Origin: Candidatus Nanoclepta minutus
GTDB lineage: Archaea; Nanobdellota; Nanobdellia; Nanobdellales; Nanobdellaceae
NCBI GenBank assembly: GCA_003568775.1
Contig: MWMI01000002.1
Coordinates: forward strand, 67,161 to 99,160
Direction of reading: 5' to 3'
DNA length: 32,000 bases
Of the stretch, positions 1 through 8,521 are shown one piece after another. Below the pieces are notes generated by a model, which made no database searches, had not been told where the DNA came from, and saw nothing but the letters and a program-made list of their open reading frames with translations. Both the position numbers and the translations under genes were made by a program. Position 1 is the stretch's first letter; the number at the start of each line of letters is the position of its first letter.

Positions 1-268
1 GATAAACGCTTCTTTTTAAACTTTCCCATAATTTAGGATAACGAATAAGAACTTGATCTAAAGTCAAAGCCTCTTCAAAATCTTCTATTGAAGGAGGTAA
101 AACTACAATTCTAAGTCCTTTTATTATTGGTGTATATGGAATATCATTTCCATCAAAAGGAGAATCTACAACAACAGCATCTGCCAAATCTACTTCATTT
201 CTATATTGAGGAAAGTATTCAACAACAAATTCTTTTGCTTCCCTCCATGCTTTTGCAATATTATCCAT
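1..268 (-). CDS. hypothetical protein, N-terminal part only (ORF runs off the window start)
   Basis: Hand translation of the minus strand from the ATG (complement of 266..268) gives MDNIAKAWREAKEFVVEYFPQYRNEVDLADAVVVDSPFDGNDIPYTPIIKGLRIVVLPPSIEDFEEALTLDQVLIRYPKLWESLKRSVY, open to position 1. It is absent from the ORF track because it is truncated. No family recognised. Confidence 0.35.
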   Translation of the reverse strand, partial: MDNIAKAWREAKEFVVEYFPQYRNEVDLADAVVVDSPFDGNDIPYTPIIKGLRIVVLPPSIEDFEEALTLDQVLIRYPKLWESLKRSVY

Positions 269-377
269 ATTTCTTTATACCGATATGAAAAACATTTAAG
301 TCTTACTGTTAGTTTAAAAATTATCAAATACTAATAAAAAATTAGAGAATAATTGAAAATATAAAAAAATATTAACT

Positions 378-779
378 CTATAACCTTCTTCCCCTCTTTC
401 CACCCTTTCTCCTACATCCGTCGTGTGGAATTGGTGTTACATCTTCTATAACACCTACCTTCAATCCCGATGTAATCAATGTCTTTATGGCAAACTGTGC
501 AGCTACTGTAGGAACCCATGGACCGTTATGTCCACCAGGTGCTCTTAGCCTTATATGAACTGCCGTAATACCCTTTTCCAATGCTTTTTGTGCGGCAAGC
601 TTTGCAGCTAGCATCGCTGCAGTTGGTGTTCCTTCCAACCTATCAGCATGCACAACCATTCCTCCACTTCCAACAGCAATCGTCTCTGAACCAGTTATAT
701 CTGTGATATGAATGATAGTATCGTTTTTAGACGAGTAAATATGTGCAATTCCCCATCTCTCCTTTTTCTTTTCAGACAT
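378..779 (-). CDS. rps11: 30S ribosomal protein S11 (uS11)
   Basis: 133 aa. [25 protein letters not shown]...[14 protein letters not shown]...[23 protein letters not shown] is the typical archaeal/eukaryotic uS11 pattern. Confidence 0.95.
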   Translation of the reverse strand: MSEKKKERWGIAHIYSSKNDTIIHITDITGSETIAVGSGGMVVHADRLEGTPTAAMLAAKLAAQKALEKGITAVHIRLRAPGGHNGPWVPTVAAQFAIKTLITSGLKVGVIEDVTPIPHDGCRRKGGKRGRRL

Positions 780-851
780 AAGATTATTTTTATAGAGAAC
801 CTTAAAAAGTTTTCAAAAGGAAAGCCTGAATCATATCAAAAGTTAAAAGTA

Positions 852-860
852 TTTTAAATA
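852..860 (+). promoter_or_regulatory. TATA box (TTTTAAATA) with purine-rich BRE-like AAAAG upstream, serving the tRNA(CAU) gene
   Basis: TTTTAAATA spans -28..-20 relative to G1 of the tRNA at 880. T(-1)/G(+1) resembles an archaeal initiator dinucleotide. Confidence 0.45.
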
Positions 861-879
861 GCTAATAGTCAAATAATAT

Positions 880-989
880 GCCGCCGTAGCTCAGGGGTTA
901 GAGCGCCTGGCTCATAACGGAAGTTATGAGCGATGATCGGTGATTAGTGGGAAACCAGGAGGTCGGGGGTTCAAATCCCCCCGGCGGCA
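880..989 (+). tRNA. tRNA with CAU anticodon (elongator Met or Ile2) containing a 37-nt intron at the canonical 37/38 site
   Basis: Hand-folded cloverleaf: GCCGCCG/CGGCGGC acceptor, GCTC/GAGC D stem, CCTGG/CCAGG anticodon stem, loop CT-CAT-A|intron|A, variable AGGTC, T arm GGGGG-TTCAAAT-CCCCC, discriminator A. G1-C72 argues against an archaeal initiator (A1-U72). Confidence 0.9.
917..953 (+). other. tRNA intron (37 nt) with a BHB-like splice motif
   Basis: CUCA (911..914) can pair with UGGG (948..951) as a 4-bp helix. It is flanked by 3-nt bulges UAA (915..917) and AAA (952..954) that contain the inferred splice sites. Confidence 0.7.
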
Positions 990-1025
990 TAAATTTTAAT
1001 TAAACTTTAAAGCTATATTTTTCTT

Positions 1026-1406
1026 ATGAGGATCTTAGAAAGGATAGATTTGCTAAAAGTTGGAGTATTTTTGATAGGTATCAGTGCCCTTATAATAAGC
1101 ATAATTCTATTACACATGTATATAACACAGCAGCAGAAATATGATATAAAGGATTTCTATGTAAATTGTCTAAAGGAACCTAAAGGCTTCTCAATAACAA
1201 TAGACGCTTACTCTACAGACTTGAAGAATGTAAGGGTTATTAACGATAACATTACTCTATGTGAGTTTATTGAAATACCTAAGAGATCCCAAGAAGTTTG
1301 TAAAGTATCGGGAGAAGGGACGTATATTATATCTGCGTTAATAGATAACAAAGAAATTAAAAAGGTAGTATATTGCAGAAACTATTCCTATATTCCTTTG
1401 GATTAA
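1026..1406 (+). CDS. hypothetical small membrane-anchored protein
   Basis: 126 aa. N-terminal hydrophobic helix VGVFLIGISALIISIILLHMYI and four Cys in the remainder. No family recognised. Confidence 0.4.
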   Translation: MRILERIDLLKVGVFLIGISALIISIILLHMYITQQQKYDIKDFYVNCLKEPKGFSITIDAYSTDLKNVRVINDNITLCEFIEIPKRSQEVCKVSGEGTYIISALIDNKEIKKVVYCRNYSYIPLD

Positions 1407-1409
1407 CAG

Positions 1410-2075
1410 CTATTCCAAAACTGCCTTTTTTATGATATATTCCCCCTCATAACTTCCAAGAATCCTTTTTTCAGCTTCTATTATCCTAATTCTCTTCCTA
1501 AACAGTGGCATATATAAGACAAAGGTTTCATATTCCCCACCTTCTCCAACCAAATTAGCCCTAGCTCTTTTTAAATATTCTAAAAACTCTTCATCAATTT
1601 TTCTACCTAAAAACTTTTCTTCAAACGGATATATAGCTATTCTAGTTACTATTACCTCAAAACCTAATTCTAAAATCTCTTTGATTATTTCCTCTTCATC
1701 TTTTTGCCATAAAGGAGCGATAATCTGCAAACCCAATTCTTCAAAAATCCTCTTAAACCTATCAAACTGATAGCTAGATTTTATAGCACCTGTAAAAACC
1801 CCTTTAATACCATATTCCTCTCTTGCTTTACTCAGAAGATCCTTTAATACTCTCATCTGCCTCTCTTCATCATCCTCAGAATAATCATAAACTAAAGGTA
1901 TTCCTAAAGCTTCTGATTGCAGCTTTACTAACTCTGAGTTAGGATAATGGAACAACATGCTCTCAGAAGACTTTGGAATAATGGTAATCAAACATTTTAC
2001 ATCATAAAGTTTTGATGCATAATATAAGGCTAGATTGGAATCCTTTCCACCAGAATACAATACACCTACTTTCAT
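1410..2075 (-). CDS. PP-loop ATP pyrophosphatase of the MJ0570/DUF71 family (diphthine-ammonia ligase Dph6-like)
   Basis: 221 aa. N-terminal VLYSGGKDS PP-loop and C-terminal GEGGEYETFVL motif, both typical of this family. Confidence 0.75.
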   Translation of the reverse strand: MKVGVLYSGGKDSNLALYYASKLYDVKCLITIIPKSSESMLFHYPNSELVKLQSEALGIPLVYDYSEDDEERQMRVLKDLLSKAREEYGIKGVFTGAIKSSYQFDRFKRIFEELGLQIIAPLWQKDEEEIIKEILELGFEVIVTRIAIYPFEEKFLGRKIDEEFLEYLKRARANLVGEGGEYETFVLYMPLFRKRIRIIEAEKRILGSYEGEYIIKKAVLE

Positions 2076-2102
2076 AATAGAGATTGTTTAATATATTCTT
2101 AA

Positions 2103-2178
2103 AGCCGCGGCGGGGATTCGAACCCCGGATATAAGAGGGTCTGCAGCCCTCCCCCTTAGGCCGCTCGGGCACCGCGGC
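2103..2178 (-). tRNA. tRNA-Cys (GCA), 76 nt without CCA, with an unusual 7-nt AU-rich variable loop
   Basis: Reverse complement folds as GCCGCGG-TG-CCCGAGCGGCCTAAGGGG-GAGGG-CTGCAGA-CCCTC-TTATATC-CGGGG-TTCGAAT-CCCCG-CCGCGGC-T. Anticodon GCA and discriminator U73 are the classical tRNA-Cys identity elements. Confidence 0.8.
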
Positions 2179-2210
2179 ATATATTAAATTTTTTTACATA
2201 AAAATATATA

Positions 2211-2804
2211 ATGGTTGAAAGGGATCACTTTTACACTTTCTGTATAATAAATAAGGATCTCGTAAAGAAATCAGAAGTTTCAAACTTCCTATTGTTCATG
2301 GAATTCTTAGAAAAAACTCTATCGGAATTCCCAAGGATTCAAGAAGAAGACTTTGAGTTAATAAAGTATTTACTATCAAACTTATATCTAATATTTGCAA
2401 ATCAAAAGTTTGGGGAAGATTTCTTGAAATATGTTGTATATTTAGAAGAAAAGGCAAAAAAATTGGAGGAGGAAGGCAAAAAAATTGTAAAAGACTTTAT
2501 AGATTTTTCTTCAATAGAAGATCAAACAATAAAAGAATTAAATAATTTGAGGATAAATGCAAGAATATTGGAGAACCTTTTTTGGAATGCTGCAAGAGAG
2601 ATTAATAGGAAAGAAGGGATAATCCTAGTTATCCCACAATTCCTGAACGTTTTATCTAAATTCGTTTTCTGGTACATCGCAGTAAATTTCAAAGATAAAA
2701 TAAAATATATAAGGAGGGACTTTAAAGAAGTTAAGTTTAATGAAGAACTATACAAAAAGTACTTAGAAACTTATAAGAAAGTTACTCTAGATGATTATCT
2801 ATGA
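2211..2804 (+). CDS. hypothetical protein (Lys/Glu-rich, helical)
   Basis: 197-aa ORF whose stop overlaps the next gene's start (ATGA at 2801..2804), suggesting co-translation with the methylthiotransferase. No family recognised. Confidence 0.45.
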   Translation: MVERDHFYTFCIINKDLVKKSEVSNFLLFMEFLEKTLSEFPRIQEEDFELIKYLLSNLYLIFANQKFGEDFLKYVVYLEEKAKKLEEEGKKIVKDFIDFSSIEDQTIKELNNLRINARILENLFWNAAREINRKEGIILVIPQFLNVLSKFVFWYIAVNFKDKIKYIRRDFKEVKFNEELYKKYLETYKKVTLDDYL

Positions 2805-4105
2805 AATTTCATATAATAACCATAGGTTGCATATTGAATAGATCTGAATCTCAAAGAATGAGATATTTACTTGAAAGAGAAGGACATGAATATACTGATA
2901 ACCCTGAAGAGGCAGATATATTGATTATAAATACCTGTACTGTTAAAACACCATCCGAAAACAAAACTTATAGATTATTGAGGGATTATAAAGACAAAAA
3001 AATAATATTAACTGGCTGTTTGATTCAACATCAACCAGAAAAGTTTGAAAGTTATCCTTTAGTCGGAATTTATGAGATAGATAAAATCGTAGATGCAGTT
3101 AAAAACCTATTAAGTGGAAAAATTGTAAAATACTTGGAAATAAAGAGAATCAACAAATTGAGCATTCCATCCATCGATAAATATCCGATTAAGATTATTC
3201 CAATTCAAGAGGGTTGTTTATGGAACTGTGCCTATTGTGCAACAAAACTGGCAAGAAGTTTATTACAAAGCTTCCCACCAAGAGATATATATTTAGAGAT
3301 TCGAGATGCTGTAAAGAAAAACTTAAGGATGATATATTTTACTGGAACAGATCTAGCTGCTTATGGAATAGATTTAGGGATAAACTTGGCAGATTTATTA
3401 TATAGAGTAAGAGAGATAGCTGGAGATTTTTATATAAGGGTTGGTATGGCAAATCCCGGAATAATAAATAAGTTCATAGAAAAGCTATTAGATTCCTATG
3501 ATCATCCAAGGATACTCAAGTTCTTCCATATCCCAGTACAATCTGGATCTAATAGAGTTTTGAAAAGCATGGGGAGGGGATATACTATCGAAGAGTTCTA
3601 CGAATTAGTTAAAAAAATTAGAAAGAGATATTATGAAGCTAGCCTAGCAACCGATATAATAGTTGGATATCCTACCGAAACTGAAGAAGATTTTAAGAAA
3701 ACATTAGAAATGATAGAAGAAATTAAGTTTGATGTAATAAATTTGTCTAAGTTTTGGCCAAGACAAAAAACTCCTGCATTTTATATAAAACCTTTAAAAG
3801 GTGAAATAGTTAAGGATAGGTCCAGAACTGTTAAAAGATTATTCGATACAACTGCAAGGGATAGGAATAAGATCTGGATAGGTTGGGAGGGATACTGTAT
3901 TGTAGAGGATAGAGGAAGAGGTAATAGTTGGGTATGCAGGAACTATGCCTATAAACAAATAATAGTAAAGAACAATGAAAACCTGTTAGGAAAAATATTG
4001 AAAGTTAGGGTAGAAAATGTTACTGCTGTAGATTTAAGAGCAAAGATTATTGATAAAGTTGAGGATCCTTATCCTGGAATTTTGGAAGAAAAGAAACTAT
4101 ATTAA
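2801..4105 (+). CDS. radical-SAM methylthiotransferase, archaeal MiaB/MtaB (CDKAL1-like) type
   Basis: 434 aa. N-terminal UPF0004-type Cys (GC, NTCTV, TGC), radical-SAM CxxxCxxC (EGCLWNCAYC), and a C-terminal TRAM-like region. Confidence 0.85.
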   Translation: MKFHIITIGCILNRSESQRMRYLLEREGHEYTDNPEEADILIINTCTVKTPSENKTYRLLRDYKDKKIILTGCLIQHQPEKFESYPLVGIYEIDKIVDAVKNLLSGKIVKYLEIKRINKLSIPSIDKYPIKIIPIQEGCLWNCAYCATKLARSLLQSFPPRDIYLEIRDAVKKNLRMIYFTGTDLAAYGIDLGINLADLLYRVREIAGDFYIRVGMANPGIINKFIEKLLDSYDHPRILKFFHIPVQSGSNRVLKSMGRGYTIEEFYELVKKIRKRYYEASLATDIIVGYPTETEEDFKKTLEMIEEIKFDVINLSKFWPRQKTPAFYIKPLKGEIVKDRSRTVKRLFDTTARDRNKIWIGWEGYCIVEDRGRGNSWVCRNYAYKQIIVKNNENLLGKILKVRVENVTAVDLRAKIIDKVEDPYPGILEEKKLY

Positions 4106-4746
4106 ATCTCAAACACTAATGGTTTCTTATGAATGAAGAAAGAAACGTTATAAACTTCTGTATTACCAAATTTATAATACCAGTTTTTTGCAAAGTGTGA
4201 ATGTCCATGAAATGCTAAAATTATTTTATTTGAGTACTTCCTAACTAATTCTTCCATTTCCCTTGAATAAAGACCGAATACATAGCCCGGATCCCCCTTT
4301 ATCGTTTCTAAACAAAAAGAATAGTGGGATATAAAAACAACCTTCCCATCTATGTTGCTAAGTATATCGTTTAGTTTTCTAAGCATTAAATCCTTTTTGG
4401 GATAAATTATAGATTTCCTCCAATCTGGAAATCCAGAAGTACCAACGAAATAAATATTACCTATTTTTAAGTATTCGTTATCCAACCATCCCATAAAACC
4501 GTATTCCTTTTTGTATTTCTCCCAATTATTTGGATGTTCGTTATTCCCAAAAACAGAAATTATCTTTATTTCACCAAATTTCTCTCTTAAGATGTAATAA
4601 AGCTTTTTTAGATAAATATGATTATCTCTATCTACAGTATCACCAGCGAATATAAATACCTCTATATCCCCTAAACCTTTAATGGACTCCTGAAAAGCCT
4701 TCAAGTACAATGGAAGATGGAGATCCGATGTAACGGCTATACGCAT
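4102..4746 (-). CDS. calcineurin-like metallophosphoesterase
   Basis: 214 aa. SDLHLP, GDTVDRDN, GNNEH and HGHSH motifs appear in the canonical order. Confidence 0.8.
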   Translation of the reverse strand: MRIAVTSDLHLPLYLKAFQESIKGLGDIEVFIFAGDTVDRDNHIYLKKLYYILREKFGEIKIISVFGNNEHPNNWEKYKKEYGFMGWLDNEYLKIGNIYFVGTSGFPDWRKSIIYPKKDLMLRKLNDILSNIDGKVVFISHYSFCLETIKGDPGYVFGLYSREMEELVRKYSNKIILAFHGHSHFAKNWYYKFGNTEVYNVSFFIHKKPLVFEI

Positions 4747-4797
4747 ATAAGACTACCTAACTGCAAATTTTTTATATGTATATATAATATATAATAT

Positions 4798-5106
4798 ATG
4801 GCCGAGATAGAAGTAGAGATAATAAGACCTGTAAATCCTGCTGGTAGAAGCTTTATAACGAACGTCTATGGAGCCGTAGCAGCTAGAGACAGGGAGATTA
4901 TAGACAAGTATAAGAGGGAGTTCACAAAAATCGTACAAAGATTAGGATTTAAGATAGAGGAAACAATAGGTACAGGAAAGCTAATTACGGGAAAGATAGT
5001 ATTGGTAGTTGATGAAAATAAGAAACCATTAAAGGCTTATTCATTAGAAATAAGTGTTTGGAACATAGAAAAAACTTTAAAGGAGAAAATAGAGGTAGCT
5101 CTGTAA
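4798..5106 (+). CDS. hypothetical protein
   Basis: 102-aa ORF with balanced composition, directly downstream of an AT/TA-rich divergent promoter region (4747..4797). No family recognised. Confidence 0.45.
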   Translation: MAEIEVEIIRPVNPAGRSFITNVYGAVAARDREIIDKYKREFTKIVQRLGFKIEETIGTGKLITGKIVLVVDENKKPLKAYSLEISVWNIEKTLKEKIEVAL

Positions 5107-5141
5107 CCTTTTTAAATTCCTAAAATTCCTTATTATTTTTT

Positions 5142-5459
5142 ATGAAGAGTATTAAGGATATTAAGGATAAGATTTTAAAACATGATAAAAAGGTTAATGA
5201 ACAAGAAATAGAGATTTTAAATAATATAAAAGGAGAAATAGAAAGATTTAAAGAGAAATTAAATGAAATAATGGATTACATAAAATATTTAGAAGACTTT
5301 AATATATATGAAATATATAAAAAGCCTAGATTAAAGGAAGAAGAAATTGAAATATTATATAACTTATATATGAAATATAGAGAACTATCCGAATCTTTTT
5401 CTAATCTTTATGAGAAGATTTTAAGGTATTATAAGACAGTAAAAAGAGAAATTATCTAA
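5142..5459 (+). CDS. hypothetical coiled-coil protein
   Basis: 105 aa, K/E/I-rich with heptad-like periodicity. No family recognised. Confidence 0.4.
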   Translation: MKSIKDIKDKILKHDKKVNEQEIEILNNIKGEIERFKEKLNEIMDYIKYLEDFNIYEIYKKPRLKEEEIEILYNLYMKYRELSESFSNLYEKILRYYKTVKREII

Positions 5460-6516
5460 TATAGATCCTATAACAATCGTCAATTTTTTCAATCTTCACA
5501 CTCAAACTATTCAAAAACTTTTTTACTACCCAAATATTTGTATCTAGATGACCTGTAATCTCTGGTGTTATAAAGCTACCTTTTACTAAAGATAAAATAG
5601 GGATCAAGTTATCCGCTAAATTCTTATCTACAGATGCTCTCCTTTTTAATATCTCTAGAAAATTCTCTGCAGCGATTTTTCCTACAATTTCTGCTCTTAA
5701 CCCTCTTCTTCCCAATAAATCTACCCCAAAGGGATATTTCTTATTAGCAACAATTGTAATAACAGCCCCTGTTGAGAGAGTATTTACATACTCTATCTTC
5801 TTCTTTATTTTAATATCCGTTAATTTACTAAAAACTGCTAAAGCTCCTTTAATCATCCTTTCACATACATTCCTACTCTTTAAATCCATCGAAGCAACTG
5901 AATATATATTAACTTCATCTATCTCCTCAAAGGATATGTCTAAGCTTCCAATAGAGCCTACATCTCTTATGAAATCCCCTATATCCTTATATTGAGAGAC
6001 TGAGAACTTTGGTATAACGTTTACCTCAACCTCTCCACCACCCTTAGGATAGAATCCCCTTCTAACTACCTTTATAGATATATCGGCAAGGATCCTATAA
6101 TAGGGTAGAAGGACATATTGAAAATAATCGAGGGAAGGTGAATGTTCTACATCCGTACCTCCCCTAATCAACAACCTAACCTTTGAATCTGCGAATAGAG
6201 AAGGAAGTAAAACTGCCTGTAACAATAAGGTTATAGATCCTGCAGTACCTATATCCTCTTTATATTTACCTCCATATATCCCATTGGGCCTAAATTCTAC
6301 CTCCATACTTCCAACCTTTATTTCGTTGATATATGCCCTAGTAATTTTACTTAGCATGATTATTGCATGCAAATGCTGCATCTTTAATCCTGGAGGTTTT
6401 CTATTTTTTCTTATGTTTATTATCCTTATTGGCTCTCTAAAAATTGAGGATAGGGCTATTGAAGTCCTAAGTATCTGCCCTCCTCCTTCCCCATAGCTCC
6501 CATCAATAACTATCAT
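5452..6516 (-). CDS. rtcA: RNA 3'-terminal phosphate cyclase
   Basis: 354 aa. N-terminal IDGSYGEGGGQILRTSIALSS is the RtcA signature, and the length is typical. Confidence 0.9.
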   Translation of the reverse strand: MIVIDGSYGEGGGQILRTSIALSSIFREPIRIINIRKNRKPPGLKMQHLHAIIMLSKITRAYINEIKVGSMEVEFRPNGIYGGKYKEDIGTAGSITLLLQAVLLPSLFADSKVRLLIRGGTDVEHSPSLDYFQYVLLPYYRILADISIKVVRRGFYPKGGGEVEVNVIPKFSVSQYKDIGDFIRDVGSIGSLDISFEEIDEVNIYSVASMDLKSRNVCERMIKGALAVFSKLTDIKIKKKIEYVNTLSTGAVITIVANKKYPFGVDLLGRRGLRAEIVGKIAAENFLEILKRRASVDKNLADNLIPILSLVKGSFITPEITGHLDTNIWVVKKFLNSLSVKIEKIDDCYRIYIR

Positions 6517-6546
6517 TAATAAACTATGTAAGTAAGATTATATTAA

Positions 6547-7179
6547 ATGATAGCTATAGATTTCGATGGAACATTAGTTGATAGTTATACAATCATACCG
6601 ATAATCTATAAAAAGTTCCAAGAAGACTATAAACTTCCAGAAGGATTCGTAGATGCAATGCTATGCTTTGAGGATATATGGGATTTCTTTGGAATATTCG
6701 AAAGGAAAAGATGGATAAAATACGTATTTAAAGATGGGGAAAGTCTCTGGGAAGATTATTGGAAAATTAGGGAAGAGAATCAAGTTATGCTCCCGGGGAC
6801 TATAGAATTCTTAAAAAGTGTTAAGAAAGAGTATAACCTATACCTAGTTTCTTCTGTTGATGATACGGAGGACATCAAGATTAGGAGGATAAAATCTTCA
6901 GGCCTTCAGGTATACTTCAAAGATATTATCATATATGGAACTGAAGATTTTCCAACCATATTAGACGCTATAAAGTATTTAATGGAAGAGGAGAAAAAAC
7001 TGATATATATAGATGATAAAAACACTAATATATCGAAGTTGTTAGATTTAAAGAACATTAAGCTGATTAAAAGGATATTCTACCCTCCCTTTCCTTTTAA
7101 GCTAGCCTGGAGATACCCAAATGTTGAAGTAGAATACATAACCAATCTACTGGAAATATTGCCCTACCTTAACGTATAG
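6547..7179 (+). CDS. HAD-superfamily hydrolase
   Basis: 210 aa. Motif I IAIDFDGTLVDS (DxDGT), a later S-type motif II (LVSS), and a DD-containing motif (IYIDDK). Confidence 0.7.
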   Translation: MIAIDFDGTLVDSYTIIPIIYKKFQEDYKLPEGFVDAMLCFEDIWDFFGIFERKRWIKYVFKDGESLWEDYWKIREENQVMLPGTIEFLKSVKKEYNLYLVSSVDDTEDIKIRRIKSSGLQVYFKDIIIYGTEDFPTILDAIKYLMEEEKKLIYIDDKNTNISKLLDLKNIKLIKRIFYPPFPFKLAWRYPNVEVEYITNLLEILPYLNV

Positions 7180-7874
7180 TATATTCTCTTATTATTTTTT
7201 CCTCTATTCTCTAGCTTCAATACCTTTATCCCTCCTATTTCCCTCGTATTAGATACATGAGGTCCTCCATCAGCTTGTAAATCTATTCCCTCTATCTCAA
7301 CAATCCTCCACTCCCTAACATTTGGAGGTGATTTTTCCATCAACTTTACAATACCTGGTATCTTCATCGCTTCTTCTCTACTAAGAAAATAAACCTTAAC
7401 AGGAACTCCCCTTTCAATTATTTTGTTTGTTTCTATAACTGCCTCTTCCAAGATGTTCCTCCAGTTATCGGACGATAAGCTATAATCGTCTCTCGCATAT
7501 TCTGGAGTTATTTCTCCACCAGTTATCAAGATATTGTATCTGTTATATAAAACTGCAGACAGAATATGGGCAGCAGTATGAAGCTTCATTAATCTATATC
7601 TTCTATCCCAATCTATCATACCTTTAACTACATCGCCTTCCCTAAACTTAGGCTCTCTATCAAGAACATGCAATGCCTCCTCACCATCCTTTATAACTTC
7701 CTTAACAAAGTATTCTTCATCATTAAAGATCAACTTACCTGTATCACAATCTACTCCACCTGTCCTCGGATGAAATATAGTCTGATCTAAAACAACTCTA
7801 TTTCCCTCTACCCTAACAACCCTAGCCTCAAACTCTTTAATATAGCTATCATACCAATACAAATACTTTGTCAT
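7164..7874 (-). CDS. alaX: AlaX-M type alanyl-tRNA editing protein (tRNA_SAD domain)
   Basis: 236 aa. FHPRTGGVDCDTG N-domain pattern, HTAAH (HxxxH) zinc motif, and DGGPHV where CxxxH is expected. Confidence 0.85.
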   Translation of the reverse strand: MTKYLYWYDSYIKEFEARVVRVEGNRVVLDQTIFHPRTGGVDCDTGKLIFNDEEYFVKEVIKDGEEALHVLDREPKFREGDVVKGMIDWDRRYRLMKLHTAAHILSAVLYNRYNILITGGEITPEYARDDYSLSSDNWRNILEEAVIETNKIIERGVPVKVYFLSREEAMKIPGIVKLMEKSPPNVREWRIVEIEGIDLQADGGPHVSNTREIGGIKVLKLENRGKNNKRIYYTLR

Positions 7875-8521
7875 TATTTAAAGAAATCTTTAATGTTTTT
7901 CTGTCTTTTGTCCCTTATTTTCCTAACGGTAAACCAGGTCTTCCTAACATAATCTTTCAGAATATCATAATGATCTTTTAAAGACTCTATAGTTCTTTCA
8001 TCAGAAGGATAGCCTGAACCAAAATCTACCCCAACTTCCTCCTTTATTTTCTCTATTTCCCTATCTCTAATAACCTTAGCAACTATAGAAGCTGCAGATA
8101 CTATAGGATATTTCTTATCTGCTTTTATTTCAACTATTAACTCTGGCTTATAACTTAATCTATCGTAAATCATCTTCTTAAGCTTCTCGCTATTCCTAAT
8201 AAAAGAATCTATAACTGCTCTATCTGGCCTTAATTCCTCTATTATCTTACATGAATACTTTATCTCTAAGTAATTTAGTTTCCCCTTCTCTACATAGTAA
8301 TCTATGATTGCAGGTGGAATAATGTGATAAGTTGTTCTTACTTCCATCTTCATCAACTCTTCAAATATCTCTTCCCTCCTTTCTCTAGATAACTCCTTAG
8401 AGTCCCTAACTCCTAACTCCCTTAGAATATCCATCTCTCCCTCTTCTATCATGGCCCCTGCTATAACTAATGGCCCTATTACAGGACCCCTGCCAGCCTC
8501 ATCAATCCCTAAAATCCTCAT
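7874..8521 (-). CDS. rnhB: ribonuclease HII
   Basis: 215 aa. MRILGIDEAGRGPVIGPLVIAG and SAASIVAKVIRD are classic RNase HII motifs. Confidence 0.93.
   Translation of the reverse strand: MRILGIDEAGRGPVIGPLVIAGAMIEEGEMDILRELGVRDSKELSRERREEIFEELMKMEVRTTYHIIPPAIIDYYVEKGKLNYLEIKYSCKIIEELRPDRAVIDSFIRNSEKLKKMIYDRLSYKPELIVEIKADKKYPIVSAASIVAKVIRDREIEKIKEEVGVDFGSGYPSDERTIESLKDHYDILKDYVRKTWFTVRKIRDKRQKNIKDFFK

Noticed and set aside
917-953. Possible box C/D guide RNA embedded in the tRNA intron (GCGATGATCGGTGATTAG), as known for some archaeal tRNA introns.
   Set aside because: The sequence reads GAUGAU rather than the RUGAUGA box C consensus. There is no CUGA box D or C'/D' pair in the 37-nt intron, which is also too short for a complete C/D sRNA.
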